A DNA stretch of 64,000 nucleotides, taken from an uncultured Candidatus Binatia bacterium. GTDB taxonomy: Bacteria; Desulfobacterota; Binatia; UBA9968; JAJDTQ01. Position 1 is the stretch's first letter, and each line of letters begins with the position of its first letter. Location: the NCBI GenBank assembly GCA_965215605.1, contig OZ244070.1:1248001-1312000 (forward strand), written 5' to 3'. The notes beneath the pieces are model-generated. The model was given only the letters and a program-made list of their open reading frames with translations, was not told the origin of the DNA and searched no databases. Of this stretch, positions 36,976 to 49,151 are shown piece by piece. A program made the position numbers and the translations under genes.

Positions 36976-38069
36976 GAACACAGGCTCTCAATCACCGCGT
37001 CATGCACCAGCGGGCGGAACTCGCGGATGGCCCCGCTGTCCCGGGACGGGTGCACGCGGTTGGTGAGGAATACGACGTGGACGTCCCGCTCCAGGTCCCA
37101 CCAGATGGAGGTGCCGGTGAAGCCCAGGTGGCCCACGGTACGGGCGGAGAAGTGCCGGCCGCTGGACGATCCCCCGGGCGAAGGCGTATCCCAGCCCAGC
37201 ACGTGGGTCTGTCCCGGCAGGGTCCGTTCCGCCTCCAGGAAATCGCGTACCACCGGGGCGGGGAGGAACTCGGGCTCGGCGCCGGCGCGGCACCGGCCGA
37301 GGAAACGGATGAAATGGTGAACGTCCGGTGCCGACGAGAACACGCCGGCATGCCCGGCGACCCCGCCCATGGCGTAGGCGTTGTCGTCGTGGACCTCGCC
37401 GCAAAGTATCTTCCGGCGCCAGGGGCAGTCCTCGGTGGCGGCAACGGCCTCGACGGGAACCGGCAGAGGGGCATGGGAACACCGGCCCAGGTCCGCGAAG
37501 AACGTGGACGCCAGTTGCATCGGCGCGAATATCTCGTCGTGGCAGAACCGGTCCAGCGGCCTCCCGCTCAGCCGTTCGACGGCCTCGCCCAGGAGGATGA
37601 AGCCGAGGTCGCTGTAGCAGACCCGCTCCCCCGGCGCGGCCACCAGCGGTTCGGCATGGATCTGCTCCAAGATCCGGCGGCGACCCACACCTGGTTTTCC
37701 GCCACCCTCTCCGTAATACGGCTTCCAGGCCGGGAGGCCAGAGGAATGGTTCAAGAGCTGGCGGAACGTGACCGCGGTCTTGGCCCCGGCGCTGAACTCC
37801 GGGACCACGCTGCTCACCGGATCGTTCAAACGCACGCACCGGTCCCGCACCAGCAGCATCATGGCGGTGGTGGTGGCCATGGGCTTGGTGAGGGAGCTCA
37901 TGTCGAAAACCGTGTCGGGCATCATGGGAAGCCGCTCGGGCGCCAGCGCCCGATGGCCATAGGCGCGATGAAAGAGGGTGCCCTCGCCGTCGCCCGCCAG
38001 CACCACGGCGCCGGGGAAGGCGCCTTCGTCAACGCCGCGGCGGCAGGTCTCGTCAACCGTGCGCCACAT
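36972..38069 (-). CDS. Serine hydrolase, beta-lactamase class C/AmiE-like
   Basis: SLTK (SxxK), YSD, GEVHDDNA and HLGFTG motifs. Confidence 0.9.
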   Translation of the reverse strand: MWRTVDETCRRGVDEGAFPGAVVLAGDGEGTLFHRAYGHRALAPERLPMMPDTVFDMSSLTKPMATTTAMMLLVRDRCVRLNDPVSSVVPEFSAGAKTAVTFRQLLNHSSGLPAWKPYYGEGGGKPGVGRRRILEQIHAEPLVAAPGERVCYSDLGFILLGEAVERLSGRPLDRFCHDEIFAPMQLASTFFADLGRCSHAPLPVPVEAVAATEDCPWRRKILCGEVHDDNAYAMGGVAGHAGVFSSAPDVHHFIRFLGRCRAGAEPEFLPAPVVRDFLEAERTLPGQTHVLGWDTPSPGGSSSGRHFSARTVGHLGFTGTSIWWDLERDVHVVFLTNRVHPSRDSGAIREFRPLVHDAVIESLCS

Positions 38070-38992
38070 CAGCACGCCGCCCGGGTGGCCGGCTCCACCA
38101 GCATCAGCACGCCGTTGCGCCCGTCCAGCTCGGCGTTGAGCCCGATGGGAAGCAGGGTGTTCGGGGTAGCGTGGCCGCAGGGCAGGCCCGTCACCACCGG
38201 ATAGGGGGCGTCGGCGAAGACGTCGGCCAGAACCTCCGTAACGTCCCGCTCGGCCCCGGACTCGCAGTCGTTGAAGGCGCCGGTCACCACGCCGGCGACA
38301 TCGTCCAGCTTCCCCGCCATGCGCAGATGGGTCAGCATCCGTTCGATGCGGTAGGGGCGCTCGCCCACGTCCTCCAGAAAAACGATCTTTCTCGCGGTGT
38401 CGATCTCGTAAGGGGTCCCGAGGGTGGTCACCAGCACCGACAGGCAACCGCCGGCCAACGCGCCACGGACGGGGGCGCCGCCGCGGAGCACGCTGGAGCC
38501 CTTGATCTGCCAGAGCCGGCGTTTGCCCGTGAGGGCGTCCCAGAACCCGCTGCTCACGCCGCCTTCGAGCTCTCCCGCGAACTCCACCGCGACCATGGGG
38601 CCGTGGAAGGCCACGACGCCGCAACGCTGCGACATCCAGTTGAGCAGGGCGGTGACGTCGCTAAAGCCGACGAAGATCTTGGGATGGGCGCGGATGAGAT
38701 CGGGGTCGAGGGCGGGCAGGAGCTGTATCGAGCCGAAACCGCCGCGGGCGCAGAATATGGCGGCGATGTCGTCCCGCAGAAAGAAGCGCTCCAACGTTTC
38801 CGCGCGCTGCTGCTCGCTGCCGGCCAGGTAGCCCTTGCGCGCCAGGATTCCTTCGGCCAGCACCACGCGGAACCCGCTCGCCTCCAGGGCGCGGACGCCC
38901 CTGGCCAGGAGGTCCTCGTACACGGCTCCGGCCGGGGCGATGACTCCGATGGTGTCTCCGGGCCTCAAGGGCGGCGGTTTGAGGAGGTTCAT
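38069..38992 (-). CDS. ldcA: Muramoyltetrapeptide LD-carboxypeptidase (S66)
   Basis: ARGGFG, GFSDVT, LEDVGE and GH motifs. Confidence 0.9.
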   Translation of the reverse strand: MNLLKPPPLRPGDTIGVIAPAGAVYEDLLARGVRALEASGFRVVLAEGILARKGYLAGSEQQRAETLERFFLRDDIAAIFCARGGFGSIQLLPALDPDLIRAHPKIFVGFSDVTALLNWMSQRCGVVAFHGPMVAVEFAGELEGGVSSGFWDALTGKRRLWQIKGSSVLRGGAPVRGALAGGCLSVLVTTLGTPYEIDTARKIVFLEDVGERPYRIERMLTHLRMAGKLDDVAGVVTGAFNDCESGAERDVTEVLADVFADAPYPVVTGLPCGHATPNTLLPIGLNAELDGRNGVLMLVEPATRAAC

Positions 38993-39122
38993 CACGTGTT
39001 TACAGGGTGTTGGCCGCCATTCTGTCAAGATTTCGGTGACACGGCAAACGTTGAGGGCAGGTTCTGCACGTTGCCGGTCCCGTTCCGCCGGCAGATTTCC
39101 GACAAAAGTTGTCCACGCCCCC

Positions 39123-39150
39123 TTGACAGCGCCGGGACCGTGCTTAGATT
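39123..39150 (+). promoter_or_regulatory. Putative sigma70-type promoter of groESL
   Basis: TTGACA-16 bp-TAGATT. Confidence 0.5.
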
Positions 39151-39230
39151 TACCGCCGCACCTCATAGTGCACGTCTATCGGTCTAACCGAAATACGTTT
39201 TACGGCGAACTTGGAAAAGGAGGAGAGAAC

Positions 39231-39521
39231 ATGAACATCAGGCCCTTACAGGACCGGGTCATCGTCAAGCGGATCGAGGAAGAGGAAAAGACCGCGGGCG
39301 GGATCATCATCCCCGATACCGCCAAGGAGAAGCCCCAGGAGGGCGAGGTCGTCGCGGTGGGCAAGGGCAAGGCCAACGGCGACGGCGAGGTCACTCCGCT
39401 GGACGTGAAAGTCAAGGACCGGGTGTTGTTCGGCAAGTACGCCGGCTCCGAGATCACCCTGGACGGCGAAGAGCACATCATCATGCGCGAGGATGACATC
39501 CTCGGCATCGTCGAAAAATAA
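39231..39521 (+). CDS. groES: Co-chaperonin GroES
   Basis: [10 protein letters not shown]...[13 protein letters not shown]; AGGAGG RBS. Confidence 0.98.
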   Translation: MNIRPLQDRVIVKRIEEEEKTAGGIIIPDTAKEKPQEGEVVAVGKGKANGDGEVTPLDVKVKDRVLFGKYAGSEITLDGEEHIIMREDDILGIVEK

Positions 39522-41216
<1,695 letters not shown>

Positions 41217-41237
41217 CGCGCCATACAGGCTGAACCC

Positions 41238-41279
41238 AGGGCCTGGGGCGTCTCGCAAGAGATGCTCCAGGCCCTTTTT
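41238..41279 (+). terminator. Rho-independent terminator of groESL
   Basis: AGGGCCTGGGGCGTCTC-GCAA-GAGATGCTCCAGGCCCT followed by a T-run. Confidence 0.9.
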
Positions 41280-41364
41280 GCTTTATTGCCAAGGGGGGAC
41301 TATATTACCATCCCTGATTTTCTGGCTTCCCCTGCCGGCTCGTCAGCAAACGACCTCATTCCCA

Positions 41365-42711
41365 ATGTTCGAAACACTCACCGACAAGCTGGAGCAGACC
41401 TTCAAGCGGCTGCGGGGCCACGGCAGGATCACCGAGTCCAACGTGGCGGAGTCGCTGCGCGAGGTGCGGATGGCGCTGCTCGAGGCGGACGTCAACTTCA
41501 AGGTGGTCAAGAGCTTCATCGAGTCGGTCCAGGCCAAGTCCATGGGCCAGGACGTGCTTCAGAGCCTGACGCCGGACCAGCAGCTCATCAAGATCGTCAG
41601 GGAAGAACTGGTGGAGATCCTGGGCGGGGAGGCCGCCGGGCTGGATCTCAAGGGGCGGCAGCCGGTGGTGCTGATGCTGGTGGGGCTTCAGGGGTCGGGA
41701 AAGACCACCACCGCCGTCAAGCTGGCGCTGCACCTGAAGAAGCAGCAGAAGCGCACTCCCTACCTCGTGTCCGCGGACGTGTACCGGCCGGCGGCCAGGG
41801 AACAACTGCGCACGCTGTGCGACGAGCACGGTTTCCCGGCGTACGACTCCGGCGACAGTTCGGCGCCGGTGGAGATCTGCCGCGACGCCCTCAAGAAGGC
41901 GGACCAGCGCCTTTGCGACGTGCTGATCGTGGACACCGCCGGACGGCTGCAGATCGACGAGGCGATGATGCAGGAGCTGGTGGCGATTCGCTCGGCGCTG
42001 GAGCCCCGCAACATCCTCCTGACCCTGGACGCCATGATCGGCCAGGACGCGGTCAATCAGGCGCAGGGCTTCAACAAGGTCCTGGACCTCAACGGCGTGA
42101 TCCTCACCAAGCTGGATGGCGACGCCCGGGGCGGGGCGGCGCTCTCCGTACGGGCGGTGGTGGGCAAGCCGGTGCTCTACGCCGGCGTCGGGGAGAAGGC
42201 GGACGCCCTCGAGCCCTTCTTTCCGGACCGCATGGCGTCACGCATCCTCGGCATGGGCGACGTGCTGTCGCTGATCGAGAAGGCGGAGCAGGCGGTGGAC
42301 AGGAAGGCCGCGCCGGAGATCGAACAGCGGATGCGCAAGGGGGAGTTCTCCCTGGAGGACTTCCAGACGCAGATGCAGGCCATCAAGAAGATGGGCTCCA
42401 TCGGCGGGCTGCTGGACATGGTGCCCGGGGGACGGAAGCTGAGCCAGCAGGTGGACATGTCCAACGCGGAAAAGGAAATCAAGCGCGTCGAGGCCATCAT
42501 CAACTCCATGACGCTCAAGGAACGGCGCAACCCGGCGCTGTTGAACGGCAGCCGGCGCCGGCGCATCGCCGAAGGGAGCGGAACCACGGTCACCGACGTC
42601 AACCGTCTCATGAAACAGTTCATGGAGATGAAAAAGATGATGCAGCGGATGAAGAAGTCGGGGGGCAAGCGGCGCGGCATGCTCGGCCGTTTGTCAACGC
42701 CGTTCCAATGA
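41365..42711 (+). CDS. ffh: Signal recognition particle protein
   Basis: GLQGSGKTT, DTAGR and TKLDGDARGG motifs; M-domain. Confidence 0.98.
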   Translation: MFETLTDKLEQTFKRLRGHGRITESNVAESLREVRMALLEADVNFKVVKSFIESVQAKSMGQDVLQSLTPDQQLIKIVREELVEILGGEAAGLDLKGRQPVVLMLVGLQGSGKTTTAVKLALHLKKQQKRTPYLVSADVYRPAAREQLRTLCDEHGFPAYDSGDSSAPVEICRDALKKADQRLCDVLIVDTAGRLQIDEAMMQELVAIRSALEPRNILLTLDAMIGQDAVNQAQGFNKVLDLNGVILTKLDGDARGGAALSVRAVVGKPVLYAGVGEKADALEPFFPDRMASRILGMGDVLSLIEKAEQAVDRKAAPEIEQRMRKGEFSLEDFQTQMQAIKKMGSIGGLLDMVPGGRKLSQQVDMSNAEKEIKRVEAIINSMTLKERRNPALLNGSRRRRIAEGSGTTVTDVNRLMKQFMEMKKMMQRMKKSGGKRRGMLGRLSTPFQ

Positions 42712-42750
42712 GCTAATACTTTAGAAAACAAAGAGAAAAGAGAACCCCGT

Positions 42751-43011
42751 ATGAGCGTGAAGATCAGACTCAGTCGCCACGGCGCCAAGAAGCGGCCGTA
42801 CTACCGTATCGTGGTGGCGGATGCCCGCACTCCCCGCGACGGCAGATTCATCGAGCAGGTGGGCACCTATGACCCCACGACTCCCTCCGCCGTGCTGAAG
42901 CTTGACCGGGCCAAGGTCGACGGCTGGCTGGAGCAGGGGGCGCAGCCGACCCAGACCGTGCGCAATCTCATCAAGAGGGCCGCGAAGGAAGCCGCAGCCG
43001 CGCCGGCGTAG
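42751..43011 (+). CDS. rpsP: 30S ribosomal protein S16
   Basis: MSVKIRL...RDGRFIE. Confidence 0.98.
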   Translation: MSVKIRLSRHGAKKRPYYRIVVADARTPRDGRFIEQVGTYDPTTPSAVLKLDRAKVDGWLEQGAQPTQTVRNLIKRAAKEAAAAPA

Positions 43012-43032
43012 GGACGGGTTTCGAACCCGCCC
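43008..43032 (+). repeat. GTAG-type REP palindrome
   Basis: GTAGGGACGGGTTTCGAACCCGCCC. Confidence 0.8.
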
Positions 43033-43096
43033 GCCTCCCGCTGGCGTCCCGGCGTTTGCCGAAGCCGCCGGACCGAGCGCGCAGGAGACAGGTTTC

Positions 43097-43336
43097 TTGA
43101 AGGAACTGGTACAGTATCTGGCCCGGTCCGTCGTGAGCGAGCCCGAGGCCGTCGAGGTCACGGAAACGCAGGACGACAACGCCTCGGTGTTTGAGCTCAA
43201 GGTGGCCAAGGAAGATCTCGGCCGGGTCATCGGCAGGCAGGGACGCACCGCCAAGTCGCTGCGAACGATATTGAACGCCGCTGGCGCCAAGATCGACCGG
43301 AAGGTCGTTCTGGAAATCGTCGACGAAGAAGATTAA
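43097..43336 (+). CDS. khpA: KH-domain RNA-binding protein
   Basis: DLGRVIGRQGRTAKSLR; conserved position between rpsP and rimM. Confidence 0.93.
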   Translation: MKELVQYLARSVVSEPEAVEVTETQDDNASVFELKVAKEDLGRVIGRQGRTAKSLRTILNAAGAKIDRKVVLEIVDEED

Positions 43337-43353
43337 CCGCTCCCTCCTTCCCA

Positions 43354-43866
43354 TTGTCCAGCAACAAGATCGCCCTGGGCGACATCGCAGGCACGCACGG
43401 CGTCGCCGGCTGGCTCCGGCTCAGATTGTACAACCCGCAAGGCCGCGCGCTCTATTCGACCACGGAGGTGGATCTGGCCCGCGGCGAAACCCGGTTCACG
43501 CTTCGCGTCGACGGGGCCAAGCCTCACCGGGGGTCCGCTCTTCTGAAGCTCCACGGCATCGATGACATGGACGCGGCCCGGGACCTGGTGGGCTGCCGGT
43601 TGTGGGTGCGGCAGGACGCGCTCGCGCCTTTGGGCGCGGCCGAGTATTACTACGAGGAAGTTGTGGGTTTCGAGGTGGTGGACGCCGAGGGTGAGCGCGT
43701 CGGCACCGTGACCCGGATATGGCCCCGGCAGGGCGGCGACCTGCTGGTGGTTGCGGGCCCCGCGAAGGAGCACCTGATCCCCGCGGTCAAGGAATTCGTC
43801 CGGCAGATCGACGTCGTGAACAGGACCGTGACCATCGACGCGCCCGACGGGCTGCTGGAACTGTAG
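43354..43866 (+). CDS. rimM: Ribosome maturation factor RimM
   Basis: GTHGVAG, EYYY and LIPAV motifs; synteny. Confidence 0.93.
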   Translation: MSSNKIALGDIAGTHGVAGWLRLRLYNPQGRALYSTTEVDLARGETRFTLRVDGAKPHRGSALLKLHGIDDMDAARDLVGCRLWVRQDALAPLGAAEYYYEEVVGFEVVDAEGERVGTVTRIWPRQGGDLLVVAGPAKEHLIPAVKEFVRQIDVVNRTVTIDAPDGLLEL

Positions 43867-43887
43867 AGGCGGGGTTCAGACCCGCCC
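43863..43887 (+). repeat. GTAG-type REP palindrome
   Basis: GTAGAGGCGGGGTTCAGACCCGCCC. Confidence 0.75.
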
Positions 43888-43934
43888 GCGCCCGAGCCGA
43901 CGCGAAAGACGGCAACACCGCCAAAGCGCCTGTC

Positions 43935-45215
43935 ATGCATTTCTCGGTCATCACCCTGTTTCCGGAGATCTTCGAGTCGCCGCTGGCCCACAGCATCCTC
44001 AAGCGGGCGCGGGAGAAGAACCTCCTCTCCATCGACCTGGTGGACCTGCGGCAGTATGCCACGGACCGGCACCGCACCACCGACGACTACCCCTACGGCG
44101 GCGGCCAGGGCATGGTGCTGAAGCCGGAGCCGCTCATCGAAGCCATCGAGGACTGCCGGCGCAGGCTAGACAACCCGCGGGTGGTGCTGCTGTCGCCCCG
44201 CGGCAGGGTCTTCGCTCAGGAGACCGCCGCGGAGACGTTGCGGCACCGGGAAGTCGTCCTGGTTTGCGGCCGCTACGAAGGGGTCGACGAGCGGGTCATG
44301 GACCATGTCGACGACACGCTCTCCATCGGGGACTATACCCTGAGCGGCGGCGAGATACCGGCTCTCGCGGTCATCGACACGGTGGCCCGGCTGGTGCCGG
44401 GCGTCCTGGGGAACGAGCAATCGGCCCGGGAGGAGTCGTTCATGGAGGGTCTGCTGGAATATCCGCAATACACCCGGCCGGCGGAGTACCGGGGCATGAA
44501 GGTCCCGGAGGTCCTGCTCTCCGGCGACCACGAGGCGATCCGCCGGTGGCGCCACAAGATGAGCGTCGAGACCACCGAGCGGCTGCGGCCGGACCTGCTG
44601 GCCAAGGCGCCCGGCGAGGCCGTCACGCCCCGGGCCGACGTCTACGTGGCACTGCTGCACTACCCCGTGTCCGACCGCCGCGGCGACACCGTCACCTCCT
44701 CCATCACCAATCTCGACATACACGATATCGCGCGCACCTGCCGCACCTACGGGGTTGCGGGCTTCCACGTCGTCAACCCGGTGAAGGCTCTGCAGAAGCT
44801 GGCGGCCAGGATCATCGATCACTGGGAGCGGGGCTACGGCGGCGACTACACCAGCACGCGCAGGGAAGCCCTGTCCCGGGTCCGGCTTTGCGACACGCTG
44901 GATGCGGCGGTGGCTAAAGTGGAGCGGGAGCGCGGCACCGTCCCCCGGCTGGTGGCGACATCGGCCCGATCCGTCCCGGGCAGGGAGCTGATAACTTTTG
45001 GAAAAATGCGGGAGATGCTAAGAAGAGACGATGTCCCCTGCATGATCCTGCTGGGCACGGGTTGGGGCCTGGCGGACTCCGTCTTCGCCCGCTCGGACTT
45101 GGTGCTGGAGCCCATCGCGGGCAAGGACGATTACAATCATCTTTCCGTGCGAGCGGCGTCCGCCATCATGCTGGATCGCATACTGGGACGGTTGCTGGAA
45201 GGGAGCGTCGAATGA
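43935..45215 (+). CDS. trmD: tRNA m1G37 methyltransferase fused to a second SPOUT (DUF2168-like) domain
   Basis: [18 protein letters not shown] and EYPQYTRP, then VALLHYPV...[10 protein letters not shown]...GTGWG...YNHLSVR. Confidence 0.93.
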   Translation: MHFSVITLFPEIFESPLAHSILKRAREKNLLSIDLVDLRQYATDRHRTTDDYPYGGGQGMVLKPEPLIEAIEDCRRRLDNPRVVLLSPRGRVFAQETAAETLRHREVVLVCGRYEGVDERVMDHVDDTLSIGDYTLSGGEIPALAVIDTVARLVPGVLGNEQSAREESFMEGLLEYPQYTRPAEYRGMKVPEVLLSGDHEAIRRWRHKMSVETTERLRPDLLAKAPGEAVTPRADVYVALLHYPVSDRRGDTVTSSITNLDIHDIARTCRTYGVAGFHVVNPVKALQKLAARIIDHWERGYGGDYTSTRREALSRVRLCDTLDAAVAKVERERGTVPRLVATSARSVPGRELITFGKMREMLRRDDVPCMILLGTGWGLADSVFARSDLVLEPIAGKDDYNHLSVRAASAIMLDRILGRLLEGSVE

Positions 45216-45568
45216 ACGTCATAGACCGAATCGAACAGGAGCAGACGCGGGAAGCGCCCGCGATCAAGCCCGGGCAGCGGGTCCGTGTCCACGTCCGCAT
45301 CGTGGAAGGCGAGAAGGAGCGGATCCAGGTCTTCGAAGGCGTGGTGATCGGCATCTCCGGCAGCGGCAACCGCGAGACGTTCATGGTGCGCAAGACGTCC
45401 TACGGCGTGGGGGTGGAACGCATCTTCCCGCTCCACTCGCCGCGCATCGAGAAAGTCGAGATCGTCACCCAGGGCCGGGTCCGCAGAGCCAAGCTGTACT
45501 ACCTGAGAAACCTCTCGGGCAAGCGCGCCCGTCTGGAAGAGGACCGCAGGCCGCGGGCGTCGCGCTGA
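45212..45568 (+). CDS. rplS: 50S ribosomal protein L19
   Basis: [16 protein letters not shown] and [10 protein letters not shown] motifs. Confidence 0.98.
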   Translation: MNVIDRIEQEQTREAPAIKPGQRVRVHVRIVEGEKERIQVFEGVVIGISGSGNRETFMVRKTSYGVGVERIFPLHSPRIEKVEIVTQGRVRRAKLYYLRNLSGKRARLEEDRRPRASR

Positions 45569-45575
45569 CGATGCC

Positions 45576-46904
45576 GTGGAACTGTTCGACTCCGCGAGTT
45601 CCCGCGGCGCCGGGAAGAACACGCCCCTGGCGGAGCGGATGCGGCCGTCCAGCCTGGACGACGTGCTGGGACAGGAGCATCTCCTGGGCCCCGGCAAGCT
45701 CCTGCGGGGCATGGCCGATACCGGCCGCCTCCAGTCCATCATCCTCTGGGGTCCGCCGGGATGCGGCAAGACGACCCTCGCCCGGCTTCTGGCCGATGCC
45801 TGCCAGGCCCACTGCATCCAGTTCTCCGCGGTCAGCTCCGGCACGCGGGAGCTGAAGAACCTCCTCCCGGACGCCCGGCGGCTGCAGCGGAGCGCCGTTC
45901 CGGTGGTGCTCCTGGTGGACGAGATCCACCACTTCAACAAGTCCCAGCAGGACACCTTCCTCCCCCATGTCGAGGGCGGACTGCTGACCCTCATCGGCGC
46001 CACCACCGAGAACCCGTCCTTCGAGCTGATCGCGCCGTTGCTCTCCCGTTGCCGGGTGTGCGTGATGCACCCCCTGACCGAGGAGACGCTCACGCGGGTC
46101 GTGGACCGGGCGCTGGCGGAAGGCGGACGAGGACTCTGGGACGCCGGCCTGGACATGGCGCCGGAGGCCCGGACGGCGCTGGTGCAGCGGGCGCAGGGAG
46201 ACGCCCGGGTGGCGCTCAACGGCCTGGAGGGAGCCGTCACGCTGGCCCGCAACGACTCCGGCGCCGCCCGCATCGACCTGATCCACGTCGAACAGGCCCT
46301 GCAGCTCGGGCCGCTCCGCTACGACAAGTCCGGCGAGGAGCACTACAACCTAACCTCCGCCTTCATCAAGAGCCTCCGGGGCAGCGACCCCGATGCCGCG
46401 GTGTACTGGATGGTGCGGATGATCGAGGCTGGTGAGGACCCGCTCTTCATCGCCCGCCGAATGGTCATCTTCGCCGCCGAGGACATCGGCAACGCCGACC
46501 CGCGGGCGTTGCAGGTGGCCGTGGCCGCCAAGGACGCGTTCCACTTCGTGGGATTGCCCGAGGGACGCATTCCCATGAGCCAGGCGGCCGTCTACCTGGC
46601 CGCCGCGCCCAAGTCCAATGCGTCCTACCGCGCGTTGCTGGAGGCCACCCGGGACGTGCGCGAACACGGCGCGCTGCCCACTCCCCTTCATCTTCGCAAC
46701 GCGCCCACCGGCCTGATGAAGTCCCTGGGCTACGGCGCCGACTACCGCTACCCCCACGACGCCCCCGGTCACGTCACGGAACAGCAGTACCTGCCGGCGG
46801 AGATCGAGGGACGCCGCTACTACGAGCCGGCCGACGAAGGGTATGAGCGGACAATCCGGGAGCGGCTGAAGTCCTGGGAGGCGTTGAAGAAGCGCCCGCG
46901 CTAG
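45576..46904 (+). CDS. rarA: Replication-associated recombination protein A
   Basis: PLAERMRP, GPPGCGKT, GATTENP and SAFIKSLRGSD motifs. Confidence 0.96.
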   Translation: MELFDSASSRGAGKNTPLAERMRPSSLDDVLGQEHLLGPGKLLRGMADTGRLQSIILWGPPGCGKTTLARLLADACQAHCIQFSAVSSGTRELKNLLPDARRLQRSAVPVVLLVDEIHHFNKSQQDTFLPHVEGGLLTLIGATTENPSFELIAPLLSRCRVCVMHPLTEETLTRVVDRALAEGGRGLWDAGLDMAPEARTALVQRAQGDARVALNGLEGAVTLARNDSGAARIDLIHVEQALQLGPLRYDKSGEEHYNLTSAFIKSLRGSDPDAAVYWMVRMIEAGEDPLFIARRMVIFAAEDIGNADPRALQVAVAAKDAFHFVGLPEGRIPMSQAAVYLAAAPKSNASYRALLEATRDVREHGALPTPLHLRNAPTGLMKSLGYGADYRYPHDAPGHVTEQQYLPAEIEGRRYYEPADEGYERTIRERLKSWEALKKRPR

Positions 46905-49039
46905 GGCGGGCTGGACGACGGCCCGCTTCCTGTCGGCGCCGGCCCGGCCGCGGCCGGCCGGCCGGCTTCCAGCTCCCGCCTGACGGCCCGGACCCGACTC
47001 AGGAAACGCTCGGTCGCGCGCTCGCCTTCCCTTCGATTGCGGATCACGCGGGGCGTGATCAGGATGACCAGTTCCGTCCGTTCGGACCGTTCGACGTCGG
47101 TGCGGAAGAGCTGGCCCAGGACCGGCAGTTCCATGAGCAGGGGAATGCCGAGTCGGGTCCGACGGCGGGTGTCCGTGATGATGCCGCCGATGACGAGGGT
47201 CTGGCCGTCCTGAAGCACGGCGGTGGTCTCCGCGTCCCGGACGTTGAAGGCGGCGAAGGATTGCCTCCCCACCACCACCCGTTCGCCCACGTCGCTGACC
47301 TCGACCCTGACCTGCAGATGAACGAGACCTTCTGAGTTCACCTGGGGCACGATGGTGAGAATCCGGCCGACGTTCTTGAACTGGATGGTCGTGGTGGTCG
47401 CCTGAGCCTCTTGCGAAACCACCATTCCGGTGGCCACGGGCTGCTCGCTCCCTACGCGAATCCGCGCGGGCCGGTTGTCCACGGCCAGCAGATGGGGCGA
47501 AGACAGCACCTTGACACGGGCGTCCTGCATCAGCGCGTTGACGAACACGCGAAATTCCCTTCCTGCTTCGACAATGGACGCGAACCCCGATTCCAACGCC
47601 CGGAAGCCGGCGCTGTCCTGTTGGCTTGCCGGGGAGCCGTCTCCTGCGGCCGCGAAGCCTCCTTTCGAAAGCGCGTATTCCACGCCGAACTCGAAGTCTT
47701 CGGAGAGCGTTACCTCCGCCACCAGCACCTCCATGAGGACCTGGCGCGGAACCAGGTCCAGCCTCCCCAGCACTTCCTCGATGGCGCGATATTCCCGCGG
47801 CGTCGCGAGAATGACCAGCGAGTTCGTGGCCGGCTCCGCAACCACCCGTACCCCTTGCTCCGCTTCGTTCCGGGCCAGGCGGGCGGCGGCGGGCGGCAGA
47901 GCGGCCGGCAATTGCGTCCAGCCCGGCCAATCCCGGCGCGCGGCCGCCCGGAGACCTCCGTCGCCATCGGCGCTCCCGGAAAAGGCCGGCAGTCCTTGCC
48001 GGCTGCCTTCCGTTCTTTCCGCGGCCGGGAGTCCGGCCGCGGCGCCGACCCCGTCCCGGCGCGACCGCGGGTCGGGTTGGCGGCCGGACGGCCCGCCGGA
48101 CCCGTAAAGCTGACCGAGCACCCGCGCCAGTTCCGTCGCCTTGCCGTTCTCCACCGGCCGGATGAAAATCTTCCGTCCAGGTCCCTCGGCGGCAACGTCG
48201 ATGCGCTCGATCCAGCGCTTCACGTACTGCCACGCGGCCTCGCTGTAGGCGATGATCAGGAGCTGATCGATCCGTGGCAGCGGCAGGAACCGGGCGGCGA
48301 AGTTGTCCTCCTGCGCCGCGGAGGCCGCGAACAGCTTCATGGCCGCCGACATCTCCCGCGCAAGCTCCCGAGCCGACGCTGCCTTGGGTCGGTAAAGCTC
48401 CATGCGGGTCCCGGCAAAGACCTGGACGTCGATCAGATCCCTGATTTCCGCCAGACGTCGGATGTTTGACGGCAGATCGACAAGTACCAGATAGTTGCCC
48501 CGCACATGTTCGAGAATCGAAGCCCCCTTGCCCATGAACGGCGTCAGCAACCGCTTCATGGCGCTCGCCGGGAGAAACCGCACGGGAAGGACGTGCATGG
48601 CCAGACCGGGGCCCTTCGCCGCGCCCGGACGGGCCAACCCGGAACCCTTCGCGATGGAAGTGATGCGGTACAGGTTCCCTCGCTTGACGGCGACGGCGCC
48701 ATGGATTCGAAGGAGTTCGTGGAAGATCGGCAACAGGTCGTCCCGCCGTACCGGGTGGCCGCTGAACAGCGTAACCATGCCCCCGACGTCCTTGTCGATG
48801 GTGTAGTTGAGCCGCAGGTGCCGCGCCAGGAGGTGGATGACCTCCACGAGGTCGGCGCCGTCGAAGTTCAGGGTCACCGTCCCGGCGCCCCCGGCGGGAC
48901 CGATGGGCGCAACGGCCCCCGACGGGCCGGTTTCCGAAACGGGCGGGCGCAAAGAGGCGCCCTGGCCCATCACCGGAGCCTCCCAGAGATGAAGACCCAC
49001 GATCAACGAGGCGACAACCTTCAGGGCTTTTGCGGTCAT
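46901..49039 (-). CDS. gspD: Type II secretion secretin GspD-like (ORF is open to 49147)
   Basis: TLNFDGADL N0 domain, TNSLVI, RQVLMEV and GIPLLMELPVLGQLF...RTELVILITP secretin signature. Confidence 0.88.
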   Translation of the reverse strand: MTAKALKVVASLIVGLHLWEAPVMGQGASLRPPVSETGPSGAVAPIGPAGGAGTVTLNFDGADLVEVIHLLARHLRLNYTIDKDVGGMVTLFSGHPVRRDDLLPIFHELLRIHGAVAVKRGNLYRITSIAKGSGLARPGAAKGPGLAMHVLPVRFLPASAMKRLLTPFMGKGASILEHVRGNYLVLVDLPSNIRRLAEIRDLIDVQVFAGTRMELYRPKAASARELAREMSAAMKLFAASAAQEDNFAARFLPLPRIDQLLIIAYSEAAWQYVKRWIERIDVAAEGPGRKIFIRPVENGKATELARVLGQLYGSGGPSGRQPDPRSRRDGVGAAAGLPAAERTEGSRQGLPAFSGSADGDGGLRAAARRDWPGWTQLPAALPPAAARLARNEAEQGVRVVAEPATNSLVILATPREYRAIEEVLGRLDLVPRQVLMEVLVAEVTLSEDFEFGVEYALSKGGFAAAGDGSPASQQDSAGFRALESGFASIVEAGREFRVFVNALMQDARVKVLSSPHLLAVDNRPARIRVGSEQPVATGMVVSQEAQATTTTIQFKNVGRILTIVPQVNSEGLVHLQVRVEVSDVGERVVVGRQSFAAFNVRDAETTAVLQDGQTLVIGGIITDTRRRTRLGIPLLMELPVLGQLFRTDVERSERTELVILITPRVIRNRREGERATERFLSRVRAVRRELEAGRPAAAGPAPTGSGPSSSPP

Positions 49040-49151
49040 GCCTTGTAGGGGACGCAAATTTCGGACCGGTTCCGATACGGTCCGTGATCGGGAGACAGAA
49101 GGGACGGCGATAGCGAATTTTCGCTCTCGCGAATTCCTGCGGCGCAAGCTC

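Noticed and set aside
35171-36991. 606-aa ORF suggesting a large IscA fusion; similar N-terminal extensions on map, the serine hydrolase, the RGP-like gene and the SPOR gene
   Set aside because: The extensions overlap real upstream genes in another frame; only the C-terminal portions are genuine.
39121-39230. Possible CIRCE operator upstream of groES
   Set aside because: No TTAGCACTC-N9-GAGTGCTAA match found.
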